From positions 1 through 41,740 of the IMG/VR virus record IMGVR_UViG_3300005827_000046: a DNA stretch of 41,740 nt; one strand, given 5' to 3'. Origin of the DNA: a virus. Under the pieces are notes generated by a model. It saw nothing but the letters and a program-made list of their open reading frames with translations. It was not told where the DNA came from and made no database searches. This document shows, piece after piece, positions 8,946-18,084 of the stretch; positions within the stretch are counted from its first letter, which is position 1, and the number at the start of each line of letters is the position of its first letter. Both the position numbers and the translations under genes were made by a program.

Positions 8946-9431
8946 TCAATTTAGATTGAGTGGCTCAAATCGATCCACTCGCAATTTTAAAACAACTTCC
9001 TTATCAAACATCCCTTTAGCCCCAGTGCTAGGCATTGTCGGGGAATATTCGATCTCGTCAACTCTTATTATAGCCCGAAAATCCGTGTCGTCCAGCTCCG
9101 TCAAGTGAAGTACATTCATGAGCGCCCGGGCGTACCGGAACGCTTGAAGCTGTAAATACTTCTCTTTTTCGGCCTCACACACGAGAACCACCATATAAGA
9201 ATCGATTCCATGAAACGTGTTCCCGCCTTCGGGGTCCGTCGTCTCTTTCGTGGGCACTACGAAAATAGCAGGCCGCATCTTTGGTGTGTAATTCTCGGTT
9301 ATGTAATAGTGAGTAACGTGGGGTGTATTCGTCTCGTTGGACGACGTTGCTGTGGTGGCGTCGAGGTACGTATCGAGATTATCCTGCAACAAATCAGTGA
9401 TGAGTGAAACGAGAGTTTCAGCGCCTTTCAT
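8946..9431 (-). CDS. Head-tail connector / tail completion protein (hypothetical)
   Basis: 161-aa ORF with ATGA overlap to the upstream gene. Lies between the capsid and tail tube genes. Confidence 0.6.
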   Translation of the reverse strand: MKGAETLVSLITDLLQDNLDTYLDATTATSSNETNTPHVTHYYITENYTPKMRPAIFVVPTKETTDPEGGNTFHGIDSYMVVLVCEAEKEKYLQLQAFRYARALMNVLHLTELDDTDFRAIIRVDEIEYSPTMPSTGAKGMFDKEVVLKLRVDRFEPLNLN

Positions 9432-9919
9432 TTATCGTACCTCCGCATTTTGGATTTTATTAGCGCCGTCATGAATTCCCCAACCGCTACCTGCCATTGT
9501 TTTTTGATCGCGGGTGTCATCCGGATAAATGGACGATACGGCATCTTCGTTCTCGCCCCACTCGGGTCATTGTGATATTTCGCATAGGGAATTTCAGAGT
9601 CAGACACGCCAAACGTGCCCGTTTTTCCGACGATTGCCTTTACGTGCCCCGCGCCTGTTCGAACGGTAGCCGCTTGCATGAGCGCGCCAGATGCCACCAT
9701 TATTTCACGTCCGGGGTAGTGTTTATTTTTCCAAGTCTTGTACCGATCCGATAGTTTTTCCCACTTACGGCCCATCATGAATGAGCCTTGCGACACGAAT
9801 TGCCTTTGCTCATTCACCATGAAAACATCATGCAGTTTATCCAAAATGGTGGCGTAGGGTATCTGCGGCAACAACGTTGCGTTTACGCGATCCTTTAATT
9901 GCTTCGCCGATATGATCAT
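9428..9919 (-). CDS. Virion morphogenesis protein (Mu gpG / Phage_tail_S-like)
   Basis: 163 aa. GRKWEKLSDRYKTWKNKHYPGREIMVASGALMQA resembles the W-x-x-L...iL-x-x-SG-x-L signature of that family. Connector position. Confidence 0.5.
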   Translation of the reverse strand: MIISAKQLKDRVNATLLPQIPYATILDKLHDVFMVNEQRQFVSQGSFMMGRKWEKLSDRYKTWKNKHYPGREIMVASGALMQAATVRTGAGHVKAIVGKTGTFGVSDSEIPYAKYHNDPSGARTKMPYRPFIRMTPAIKKQWQVAVGEFMTALIKSKMRRYDK

Positions 9920-9923
9920 TCCG

Positions 9924-10553
9924 TCACCGTCTTGGCATGTAGGAGAACGCGGTCAACCCACCTTTTGAAAGAGTAGGCTTATCGCGTTTTCCAAGTCGCT
10001 TGTAGTATTCCGCTCGGCGCTCTGCGCCCATTTTCCCGTGATACTTTGCGAGATCGAGGAAGTGCTTCGGCTTGTCGTCTTCTTGTTTTCTTTCGTCCAT
10101 GTGGAATTGAGCAGAACGCGACTCGGTAAACCGGACACTCAGGTTATTGTACGCCTGCTCGGCAACAAAATGTTTCAATGCAATCTGTAAGCCAATCGGG
10201 ACTAAAGTCTCATCGTCCCCCTCGATAATCATCTGCGATGCGTGCCGGATGTAGGTCAACAACTCCGCATCGGTCCAAAACTGATAATAACTTGTGATCG
10301 TGGGGTCGGTGTTTTTGAGGGGGGCGGTCGTGATAGTCACGGTGCCTGTAAGAGCATCCGTTACTGTGAAAGGTACAGATGCCCCGTCCACAAAAACAGA
10401 CGGCGCCGGTGACGTTACAAGACGTATATTGAAAGCTTTAAAAATCTTATTCGTGCCATCAACACGTCCGAGTAGTCTTTGCTGCCACACGTTTTTATCT
10501 GTCGGGTCATCCCCGAGGAACGAACGACAGTCAGCCAGCGCCGTAGTCCACAT
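9924..10553 (-). CDS. Head-tail connector protein (hypothetical)
   Basis: 209-aa ORF with ATG at 10553, tightly packed in the connector block. Confidence 0.6.
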   Translation of the reverse strand: MWTTALADCRSFLGDDPTDKNVWQQRLLGRVDGTNKIFKAFNIRLVTSPAPSVFVDGASVPFTVTDALTGTVTITTAPLKNTDPTITSYYQFWTDAELLTYIRHASQMIIEGDDETLVPIGLQIALKHFVAEQAYNNLSVRFTESRSAQFHMDERKQEDDKPKHFLDLAKYHGKMGAERRAEYYKRLGKRDKPTLSKGGLTAFSYMPRR

Positions 10554-10554
10554 G

Positions 10555-10923
10555 TTATAGTACCTCCGAGTTTTGAACGTCCTTCACCATATCGCTAAGC
10601 GTCCTACGCGGCCCGTTGTACGTATACACAACGCCGTTCTCCTCGCACAACCTTCGGCGCTCTTCGATCTCCACAATATTTTCGTGTTCGTGAAAATCCA
10701 CCGCAACATTCGATTTCAAATGATACCGATCGACATACAACTTCCGGCCTTTTGAGTTAACAAACCATGGCCACGTATGGCTGATGACGTAGGGTAGCCC
10801 GAATTTCTCCGCAACTATGTCGTGCTTTGGTGCCTCGGGGCGCTCTTCATAGGCCATCTCTTCGTCTTTATCGAGGGCACCGGGTTTACTAAATCCAGAT
10901 CGTTTCAATACTGCACTACTCAT
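10555..10923 (-). CDS. Hypothetical protein (connector block)
   Basis: 122-aa ORF with ATGA overlap to the upstream gene. Confidence 0.6.
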   Translation of the reverse strand: MSSAVLKRSGFSKPGALDKDEEMAYEERPEAPKHDIVAEKFGLPYVISHTWPWFVNSKGRKLYVDRYHLKSNVAVDFHEHENIVEIEERRRLCEENGVVYTYNGPRRTLSDMVKDVQNSEVL

Positions 10924-11252
10924 ATCTGCTTACCTACTAGAGCGATTGCGGCTTTCAATGTCCCCGATGTAATGGTTACGGAGAGACGCATGTTTGCACC
11001 GACGCTTCCAAGTTCGACGGATTGATCGCCGGTCGTGGTGATCGAAATCGCCGATCCGACATTCACCCATGCGGTTTCTTTCGCCGGATTTTGTTTTTGC
11101 GCCTGAATAGCAACGGTGCCGGATGCCGCAAGTGTCGATATGAATAGATCAACAGTTTTGAAATCCCTGACGGCAATTGGTCCGATGGTGAAACTACTTG
11201 AATGCGTTGTTGACCCCTTGTCTAAAATCCAGTCCTTGTTAATAACTCTCAT
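10920..11252 (-). CDS. Hypothetical protein (connector block)
   Basis: 110-aa ORF with AGGGGG RBS 6 nt before the ATG at 11252. Confidence 0.6.
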   Translation of the reverse strand: MRVINKDWILDKGSTTHSSSFTIGPIAVRDFKTVDLFISTLAASGTVAIQAQKQNPAKETAWVNVGSAISITTTGDQSVELGSVGANMRLSVTITSGTLKAAIALVGKQI

Positions 11253-11261
11253 GGATACCCC

Positions 11262-11612
11262 CTATTGAAAATCAATGTCCGCCTGCACAGTCACAGACGT
11301 TTCGTACTCTAATTGAATCCGAGCATATAAACCCACAACCCGAGACTGAAAGACGTGCGATCCGTCTTTCCTCATCGATGCTATATGTGTCTGAGTGTAG
11401 GTTACATTTCCATTTTTGTCATACCGAGCGTCGAACACACGTAAGAGCACTCCCGCAACACCACCGACACAACCCGACACGTTGAAAGTGAAAAAAGCGT
11501 CGCTAAAATCAGAACACGCGATATCTTTTGACACCCACTCGATCCCCGGGCTTTTCAATCCTGAGGACAAATGAAGAGGTAATCTCTGTAGGGTGTTAGC
11601 CATAGCGGTCAT
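11262..11612 (-). CDS. Hypothetical protein (first gene after the capsid terminator)
   Basis: 116-aa ORF with GGGAG upstream of the ATG at 11612. Confidence 0.6.
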   Translation of the reverse strand: MTAMANTLQRLPLHLSSGLKSPGIEWVSKDIACSDFSDAFFTFNVSGCVGGVAGVLLRVFDARYDKNGNVTYTQTHIASMRKDGSHVFQSRVVGLYARIQLEYETSVTVQADIDFQ

Positions 11613-11640
11613 GTTCTTATTACTCCCGTGTGTCCAGCAT

Positions 11641-11674
11641 ACAAAAAATAAGGGGGCCTAGCAAGCGCCCCCTT
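11641..11674 (-). terminator. Intrinsic terminator after the major capsid gene
   Basis: Minus strand reads AAGGGGGC-gcttgctag-GCCCCCTT followed by ATTTTTTGT. It lies 26 nt after the capsid stop codon. Confidence 0.75.
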
Positions 11675-11699
11675 ATCAATATTACCAGAACAAACCAGA

Positions 11700-12857
11700 T
11701 TACACCGACCCGTCGTTACCGAGCCAAGCAAAACGCTGGTCAACCCAATCGCACTCAAAACGGGCGCGGGTCTTGTAGCGGAATTCTTCAACCGCAAAGG
11801 CGTCGCCGCTCTGAGGATTTTCCTGTACCATTTCGACAGGATCGCGGGTCTGGAAAATCGGACCTTTGCCCGCTTCCATAAGAACCCATGCCTTGTCAGG
11901 CATCCAAGGAGAAACGATCGGAACGAACTTACCCCGGAAGGGATTCGATCCGTGGATACCTTCGAACTTACCAGCGGTGCCGATAGGCGTAGCCGGAAAG
12001 TATTCGCTGTTTGCCATGATATCCGCATCCATTTCGTCATCGGGCGAAATCAAGATGGTGTCCGGCATGACAACGATCTTGTTTCCGAGCAAGTCCTTCT
12101 GTTTACGGAGACTCGCGAAAGCGGTCTGGACTGTCTGCTTTCCGAAACGCCCGTAAGAGCTAGGACGGTTTGCACCACCACCGGGGAGAGACGTGCTCCA
12201 CACGCCTGAACCATAGGCGGGCGAGATCGGCACGGGATCGCCGCTGATGTCGGTTGCGACGTTGATCAAACGGGCATAGGCATAAGCGTCCATATAGACA
12301 CCCATGTTTTCACCCATATCGGCTGCTTTACGGGCGATTTGACCGCTCTGATCATCATCGACTAAAGTTCTAGCAAATCCGACTATTGAACCAAAGACGT
12401 AGTTCTGGATTTGTACGTCCAAGCCCTTGATATCAATGCTCTTAAAGGGCTCGCTATCGGACTTACGTTTCGGCATCCCAGCGCGATGGAGTGGCGCATA
12501 GAATTCACCGAACTTATCCGAGTTGGTCATCATAACCCAATTCCGGAAAGTGACCGGCACGGCCTTGTAACGATCATTGGCGATCGTCTGAACGCCTACA
12601 CGCATCAGAGCGCCGAAAGTACCGGCGGTGTTGCGTTCCTTGATCTCACGGGATAAGGCCACGGAGGACTCACGGAGTTTCCGGAAACTGATACGACGGG
12701 CCTTGAAATCGAGAATCAGTTTTCCCGTTTTTTGGTTCTTTTCGTCGATATCAATTCCGTACTCCGACATGATGGACTCGCGGATACGATTGTGTGCGTC
12801 TTCGTTCTGCGCATCAATCTCCGCTTTGTTTGCTTCTAAAACTTGTTTCAATGACAT
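11700..12857 (-). CDS. Major capsid protein (HK97 fold, Mu gpT-like by context)
   Basis: 385 aa. Strong RBS AAGGGGA. Follows the protease-scaffold gene and a small head protein gene, and is followed by a terminator. Family assigned by size, order and general resemblance only. Confidence 0.75.
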   Translation of the reverse strand: MSLKQVLEANKAEIDAQNEDAHNRIRESIMSEYGIDIDEKNQKTGKLILDFKARRISFRKLRESSVALSREIKERNTAGTFGALMRVGVQTIANDRYKAVPVTFRNWVMMTNSDKFGEFYAPLHRAGMPKRKSDSEPFKSIDIKGLDVQIQNYVFGSIVGFARTLVDDDQSGQIARKAADMGENMGVYMDAYAYARLINVATDISGDPVPISPAYGSGVWSTSLPGGGANRPSSYGRFGKQTVQTAFASLRKQKDLLGNKIVVMPDTILISPDDEMDADIMANSEYFPATPIGTAGKFEGIHGSNPFRGKFVPIVSPWMPDKAWVLMEAGKGPIFQTRDPVEMVQENPQSGDAFAVEEFRYKTRARFECDWVDQRFAWLGNDGSV

Positions 12858-12874
12858 GTTTCATTCCCCTTTCA

Positions 12875-13348
12875 TTAGAAATTGAGCGAAGGTGTGCGCG
12901 TATACACAACAACGGGCACTTTCACACCGGCAGCCCCGGCGACGCTTGCGACATTGGAAGGCAGGCGGATATAACCAACCGGGTGGGTCATAAGGCCAGC
13001 CGTATTGGTAATCGTCTGGGAATCCGCGCCAACGTATACTTCCTGAAAATTGACATAGGTTTCACCGGTGGTGGTGTTCAACTTGAACGCATCACCAAAA
13101 GCGGCTTCCATGTCGTAGTGGACGGGAGTCACGCCGTTGCCAAGATTCGAGGCAAACGGGATCGTCTTTGTCGCACAGCCGAGAAGCGTTGCGGCGTCGG
13201 CATCGCTGGTCACGGGCTTTGTGAGGTTATTCACAACGTCGTAAAACACAAGTGAACCCTGCTGGATCGGAAAATTGACTGGGTCAACCGCGAGGTCATA
13301 ATGAGCACCACCCCGCAATTTCTGGGACAGATTGTCTTTTGCTTCCAT
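12875..13348 (-). CDS. Small head protein between scaffold and capsid genes (possible decoration/cement protein)
   Basis: 157-aa ORF. RBS AAAGGGGA is nearly identical to the capsid gene RBS. The function is inferred from position only. Confidence 0.6.
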   Translation of the reverse strand: MEAKDNLSQKLRGGAHYDLAVDPVNFPIQQGSLVFYDVVNNLTKPVTSDADAATLLGCATKTIPFASNLGNGVTPVHYDMEAAFGDAFKLNTTTGETYVNFQEVYVGADSQTITNTAGLMTHPVGYIRLPSNVASVAGAAGVKVPVVVYTRTPSLNF

Positions 13349-13368
13349 GTTACTTTTCCCCTTTCCTA

Positions 13369-14706
13369 TTAGCCGGAAACACCGGCAAAGTGTTGCATAC
13401 CCTTAAGGCTTCCGCGTCCAGACTCGGACACGTTACCCGTTTTTGAACCACCATAGAACTGACCAAACGAAAGGGGCGCATCCTTCGTGATCGTCTTTTT
13501 GAACGTCTCACACACGGTCTTAACCTGCTTTACCGTCGTACACATTCCTAGGATTTCTTTCATTTCATCGGAGTGTGAAGATAGACCGGATTCGCGGACG
13601 ATCTTCTCGCGTTCACTTTCGAACACGATGCGTTTTTTGTCCGCTTTCAAAGCGGCATTTTCGGTTCTCAACTTCAACACGTAGTTGCGAACTGATTCGC
13701 CGACTTTGCCCTTTTTCATTTCGCGATCGACTGATTCTTCAGACTCCTCGGATTCTTCAGACTCTTCGGATTCGTCTGATTCTTCAGACTCCTCGGATTC
13801 TTCAGACTCTTCGGATTCGTCTGATTCCTCAGACTCCTCGGCTTCGTCCGCTTCCGAAGACTTTGCTTTACGTTCTTTCGGAGCTGGCTTTTTGTCCGCT
13901 GGTACTTCGTCGCCGTCTGGCTCTTCCTGACCGTCGCCCTTGTGGGTAATGGTCAACTGGCCTTCCTCCATTGCCTTGTCCATTTCGTCCATGAGTTTTA
14001 ACGCCTCCTCGGTTTTACCCGATTTCAGCGACTCATAGGCTTTTTTAAAAGCTTCCTTCATGATCTCCCCTTTCTTGGATATTGATGCGCCTCTTATGGA
14101 TTCCATAAGCGCGCGAAACCCTCCGCCCGCTCCGGGAACCGTAACAACGTCCGCCGAAGTCGGGAAAAGATCGGTTATATAGTTTATTGTTTCGCCGTCA
14201 GATCGAGCGACTTCTAACTTATTCAGGATGTCCGGGGCTTTCACTTCTTTTGCAACATCATTGATGGTGCGTTCTTTACCGTCACCACGGCCACGAACAG
14301 ATATGCCAATGATGTCTTTTTCTGGATACAGCGTCTTGAACTTTATAGCATTCTTTATTAAGTCCCAGTCCTTCTCATATGTAGCGCCTTCAAACACGTT
14401 GAGGATGCCGCGCATCTCCATAACGCCAGTCTTTTTATTCTCCTCACTTCGAACATTCGACCAGTACCCGATGATGTCGGCGACACTACGCTCGGGTCTA
14501 TCAACTTCCTCTGTCTCGGTGGCATGATCACGAAATACGCGTTCCCCTTCAAACCGGGGGGCGGATCGCGAAATGCACTCAGCCGAATAATAGTTGCGAT
14601 TTTTTAGATTTCCAAGGCCCTCGGATAGCATGGCGCAATCGGCGCTCCGCTTAGCGTCATCTGTGATCGCCGCTTCCCGTAGCGGTATGTGAAAAATGTT
14701 AGGCAT
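13369..14706 (-). CDS. Prohead protease / scaffolding fusion-type protein with an acidic SE-repeat tract
   Basis: 445 aa in the Mu gpI-like position upstream of the capsid gene. Globular N-terminal half, helical charged C-terminal half. Contains a (E/D)ESEES run of about 40 residues. Confidence 0.6.
   Translation of the reverse strand: MPNIFHIPLREAAITDDAKRSADCAMLSEGLGNLKNRNYYSAECISRSAPRFEGERVFRDHATETEEVDRPERSVADIIGYWSNVRSEENKKTGVMEMRGILNVFEGATYEKDWDLIKNAIKFKTLYPEKDIIGISVRGRGDGKERTINDVAKEVKAPDILNKLEVARSDGETINYITDLFPTSADVVTVPGAGGGFRALMESIRGASISKKGEIMKEAFKKAYESLKSGKTEEALKLMDEMDKAMEEGQLTITHKGDGQEEPDGDEVPADKKPAPKERKAKSSEADEAEESEESDESEESEESEESEESDESEESEESEESEESVDREMKKGKVGESVRNYVLKLRTENAALKADKKRIVFESEREKIVRESGLSSHSDEMKEILGMCTTVKQVKTVCETFKKTITKDAPLSFGQFYGGSKTGNVSESGRGSLKGMQHFAGVSG
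13733..13854. repeat. Perfect 2 x 45-bp tandem duplication plus a degenerate partial third copy
   Basis: gattcttcagactcctcggattcttcagactcttcggattcgtct occurs at 13733-13777 and again exactly at 13778-13822. 13823 onward matches for about 19 nt with 1 mismatch and then decays. It encodes the SE-rich tract of the scaffold. Confidence 0.95.
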
Positions 14707-14717
14707 TTAAACCCCCG

Positions 14718-15023
14718 TTATCTCTTTATTCTAACCCGAAAAATGATATCCGCAAGCCCTCCGCCTTGTGGAATCACTTGAGGATTAGCATCAATACTGT
14801 CTGGATTGATTCCCTCATTGACACAATAGCGCTCAAACTCCGTGACCGTCTTGAATCGATGCCCGCCGCACTCGATCATCCGACGTTGATGCTGAACTTC
14901 GCGGCTCTTCGCATTATCCATATACGAAAATCGGTCCTTTATGCGGACCATCTTGGCTTTCATGCGCGCAAAATACTTTTCCCGTGCGCTCTGTCTATCC
15001 ACTTCTGCAATCTCTATATTCAT
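14718..15023 (-). CDS. Hypothetical protein
   Basis: 101-aa ORF between the portal and scaffold genes, with GGGGGTGA RBS. Confidence 0.6.
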   Translation of the reverse strand: MNIEIAEVDRQSAREKYFARMKAKMVRIKDRFSYMDNAKSREVQHQRRMIECGGHRFKTVTEFERYCVNEGINPDSIDANPQVIPQGGGLADIIFRVRIKR

Positions 15024-15026
15024 TCT

Positions 15027-16748
15027 TCACCCCCGGTTTTCTGTCTTGATCGCTTTTTTGTCAGCGCCATCAAGCTGTTTTTTGTTATCGGTTGATGGTG
15101 CGGTCAGCGGATTGAATGTCCCAGCAAGGGACTGCTCCTTGTCCTTTTCATCCGCATCCCGCTCCGCTTTCACATCGTCATAGTTGTAATTGTTGACCTT
15201 CATTTCCTTCGCCGTCATCTCAGCGGCCATGCGTTTCGAGAAGTAGCCCGCCTGTTCTGACTTGATGGTGTCATCAATCTTTGCGCTTCGTTCGTCGATC
15301 TGGATTTCAGGCATGATCACACGGTGATCGGAAGTGATACCGGCAAAATCCTTCCACTCCTGAACGATAAAATCGGCAAGTTCTGAAAGAATGTTTTGAC
15401 GTTCTTCGAAAAACTTTCCAACGGGTTCAGCCGCCACAACAGCCGACGCGCGTGTATGACCGCCTGACTCTGTTGATATACCAAAATATTGCACGGGGAC
15501 ATTCAGACCAATAGCACACATCGAAAGAAGTTGATGCCACGTGGTGTCTGACCCCGTGTTGATTCCAGACGTTTGGAGCGGCTGAATCTCAATAGCCTTG
15601 TTATGGCATAGAGCACTGCCCGCTTGCGGCTCGGGTCCACTCATAATCTCTTGTGCATCTGCAACGTCACGATCATCACCATCAACCACCACATCCCAGA
15701 TAAAAGCGGCTTCGTTTTTTACCTTCACAACGCGGTAGGACATGTAGTCATTGATTCGTTTCAAGTACCCGAGAATGGCGAGAAGATCGGAGCGCCCGCG
15801 TTTTTCGTTTGATACGACGTTGACACGTATGTGCTTTACGTCTTGCGCTGGTACTTGTTCAAGGACGAATTCGCTCATGGGAATGCCGTCCTTGGTGAAC
15901 ATCTGATATTGAGTGGGGTACTGCAAATGGTAATAATAAATTTTCTCAATATCAACCGGATCGGTGACGACTTCCCAGCATGTAGACGGATCTATACAGC
16001 GGCGAATCGGACCAATGGTGGTCATTTGTTTTCGCAGCATGATCTCGCCGTATATGGACAACTCGCGCGCCATAGTACGAATGCGCTCATGAAACTTAGA
16101 AATTTTTTCGAACTTGTCCCAAAGGTCTTGGGCTTCATTGTCGCCATCAAAAACAATTTTGATCTTGCCGCCCAAAACGAAATTAACAATGGTGCTAACA
16201 GCGAATTTCGCAATAGGGTTGTGGTTTACTTCCCACCAAGCGCGGGCGTGCATTTCGAGATAGTTGTAGATGTACTGATTCTTTGAGAACGGGCCGCCCA
16301 TCAATTGGATGTAGTCTTGGCCAACTAGTAGCCCGTTCGATACACCAATACCGGGGCCGCTTCCCGTTTCGAACTCATTCGCTTCTCGTATTTTAAATTC
16401 CTGTTCGGCTTCTTTGACACTCGCGAGAAGCTCCTTCGTGCTCTGAATGCGTATGCGCTGGTATTCCACTTTGCCGTTTTCCGACTCGCGAACACGTAGC
16501 ACAATACCTTTCACGTTCACCGATCCGGGGTTGCTTTGTGTCTCGCGCAAAAACTTCGTCACGGGATCGATCTGGTCTTTCGTGTTTTCGATAACGAATG
16601 GAATACGGTCCGGGTCATACGCATCCGCGTGCGCGATCCCGAAGCCTTTACGTTTTCGCACTGGTTTTTCAGCTTCACGCGTAGCGACTACAGGCATGGG
16701 TTTCCGAACAACCGCTTTCCGTTTTACAGTCCTTGTTTTTTTAGCCAT
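15027..16748 (-). CDS. Portal protein with a basic ~130-aa N-terminal extension
   Basis: 573 aa, the largest head-module ORF besides TerL, adjacent to the MuF-like gene. The N-terminus is MAKKTRTVKRKAVVRKPMPVV...KPVRKRKG. Family not verified by search. Confidence 0.6.
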   Translation of the reverse strand: MAKKTRTVKRKAVVRKPMPVVATREAEKPVRKRKGFGIAHADAYDPDRIPFVIENTKDQIDPVTKFLRETQSNPGSVNVKGIVLRVRESENGKVEYQRIRIQSTKELLASVKEAEQEFKIREANEFETGSGPGIGVSNGLLVGQDYIQLMGGPFSKNQYIYNYLEMHARAWWEVNHNPIAKFAVSTIVNFVLGGKIKIVFDGDNEAQDLWDKFEKISKFHERIRTMARELSIYGEIMLRKQMTTIGPIRRCIDPSTCWEVVTDPVDIEKIYYYHLQYPTQYQMFTKDGIPMSEFVLEQVPAQDVKHIRVNVVSNEKRGRSDLLAILGYLKRINDYMSYRVVKVKNEAAFIWDVVVDGDDRDVADAQEIMSGPEPQAGSALCHNKAIEIQPLQTSGINTGSDTTWHQLLSMCAIGLNVPVQYFGISTESGGHTRASAVVAAEPVGKFFEERQNILSELADFIVQEWKDFAGITSDHRVIMPEIQIDERSAKIDDTIKSEQAGYFSKRMAAEMTAKEMKVNNYNYDDVKAERDADEKDKEQSLAGTFNPLTAPSTDNKKQLDGADKKAIKTENRG

Positions 16749-17770
16749 TCCTCAAATCCCTCCGCTTCTAATTGTACGCCTGATTTTTCAGCCGCATCGT
16801 CCCACATCTCATCAAGTTGCTTACTCGCGGGCGCAAGGTCGCAACGGCAATTGAAATGCAAGGGAGGCGGCGTATCGTCTCCAAACTTCTTTTCTATCTC
16901 TGACAATGTGAGGCCGTCACGAGGACGGCAACAGCATTCGCATGTGTCACCATCGGTGAGCGTAATCCATGTATAGTCATCGATGTCGTATCCAACGCGC
17001 TCGGCAGCATCAATCTTGCCCGTCCGCACGGCGTGAACGAGTTCAGTTTTTAGATCGCGCTCAAACTCCCAGCCGCGTGACCCGCTACGCGTCCACACCT
17101 TCGGTTGTCTATTCGTCCATTTATTGACGGCGCGAAGTTCAGATGATAGGGCCGCGATGTCATTATCATCCAGTATGCCAATATCCTCTGAGTCAACATC
17201 CCCATCGGCCTCAGCTTCACGCACTTTTTCTTTCCCAAGTAATCCGAAAACCGAATCAATCTTTGCAAGCACAACCTGCAATTCCGTGTTGTATATCAGG
17301 CCCTGCTCTAAGAGCGTATTGATCTCTCGCGATATCCGAGCGGCTGTGAGGATTATACGATCCGCGTAGTGAGCTACTTTGTGCTTCGATTCGATAGGAT
17401 CGTTCAGTCCGGGCGCTTTTTTGTCGCCTGAAAGTCCGAGCGTTGACAGCGCATAGAATTCACCAAGCGCGCCCATTGCGTAGCAACGCTGCTTCATTCG
17501 TGTGGTGATGAGAATCAGATCGTGCGCCATATCGCGCAACTCTTTGTTCACTGCGGCCATGGTGGTTTGTGCGTGCTGATTGGCATATGCGTAAGTGACG
17601 CCGCTGGTCTTTTTCATGTGGTGATGCACTACATCGCCGCGTATTATCTTGTTCGCTTTAGATATCCTATCAAAATACTGGGCGCGATAGTACAGATAGA
17701 ATTTTTCGGCCAACGCATTGACCTCATCGCGAACAGCACCATAAAAGGTTGACCCTTTACGGTGATTCAT
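16724..17770 (-). CDS. Head morphogenesis protein (Mu F / SPP1 gp7 family)
   Basis: C-terminal TCECCCRPRDG...PPPLHFNCRCDL matches the H-x-NCRC signature. I chose the ATG at 17770 (ATGA overlap with the upstream stop) over the track's TTG at 17794. Confidence 0.8.
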   Translation of the reverse strand: MNHRKGSTFYGAVRDEVNALAEKFYLYYRAQYFDRISKANKIIRGDVVHHHMKKTSGVTYAYANQHAQTTMAAVNKELRDMAHDLILITTRMKQRCYAMGALGEFYALSTLGLSGDKKAPGLNDPIESKHKVAHYADRIILTAARISREINTLLEQGLIYNTELQVVLAKIDSVFGLLGKEKVREAEADGDVDSEDIGILDDNDIAALSSELRAVNKWTNRQPKVWTRSGSRGWEFERDLKTELVHAVRTGKIDAAERVGYDIDDYTWITLTDGDTCECCCRPRDGLTLSEIEKKFGDDTPPPLHFNCRCDLAPASKQLDEMWDDAAEKSGVQLEAEGFEEWLKKQGL

Positions 17771-18084
17771 GAACACCCGCAATTGTCTTCGCAAAAGGTT
17801 ACGTCACATGAGGCGCTAAGGATGCGATTCGCTGCGGTGTTGTTCGTGAGCCGAAGATACACAGTACATGGCCCCTCAACATCGCTACCACGCTGGTACC
17901 TCGCCGATCCGTATGATATCCATAGCGTGCCCTGTTCAAGCGTTCCTACTTCCACAAAAGCGTCACGGTCAAAACAAGCATCGAGTTCAACACGCCCGAT
18001 AGATGCCTTTTTGCCGTCCTCAATTACAACATGCGACTCGGCAACCGTTCCCGGCGCCACATCCTCACATAGTACCTGTATCAT
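17767..18084 (-). CDS. Hypothetical Cys-rich protein
   Basis: 105-aa ORF coupled by ATGA overlap on both sides. C-terminus is SCDVTFCEDNCGCS. Confidence 0.6.
   Translation of the reverse strand: MIQVLCEDVAPGTVAESHVVIEDGKKASIGRVELDACFDRDAFVEVGTLEQGTLWISYGSARYQRGSDVEGPCTVYLRLTNNTAANRILSASCDVTFCEDNCGCS

Noticed and set aside
11609-12040. 143-aa minus-strand ORF overlapping the 3' third of the capsid gene.
   Set aside because: It is an alternative frame inside the 385-aa capsid ORF, is Arg/Ser/Leu-rich, and spans the capsid terminator. No independent support.
13575-13949. Plus-strand ORFs 13575-13949 and 13685-13930 (SDSSDSSDS repeat protein).
   Set aside because: They are antisense to the protease-scaffold gene and are generated by the same 45-bp tandem repeat. 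The minus-strand frame has the RBS and the operon context.
17767-18084. The Cys-rich C-terminus (SCDVTFCEDNCGCS) as a RiPP precursor peptide.
   Set aside because: No radical-SAM, lanthionine synthetase, cyclodehydratase or peptidase/transporter genes are present anywhere in the genome. A structural or zinc-binding role is equally likely.
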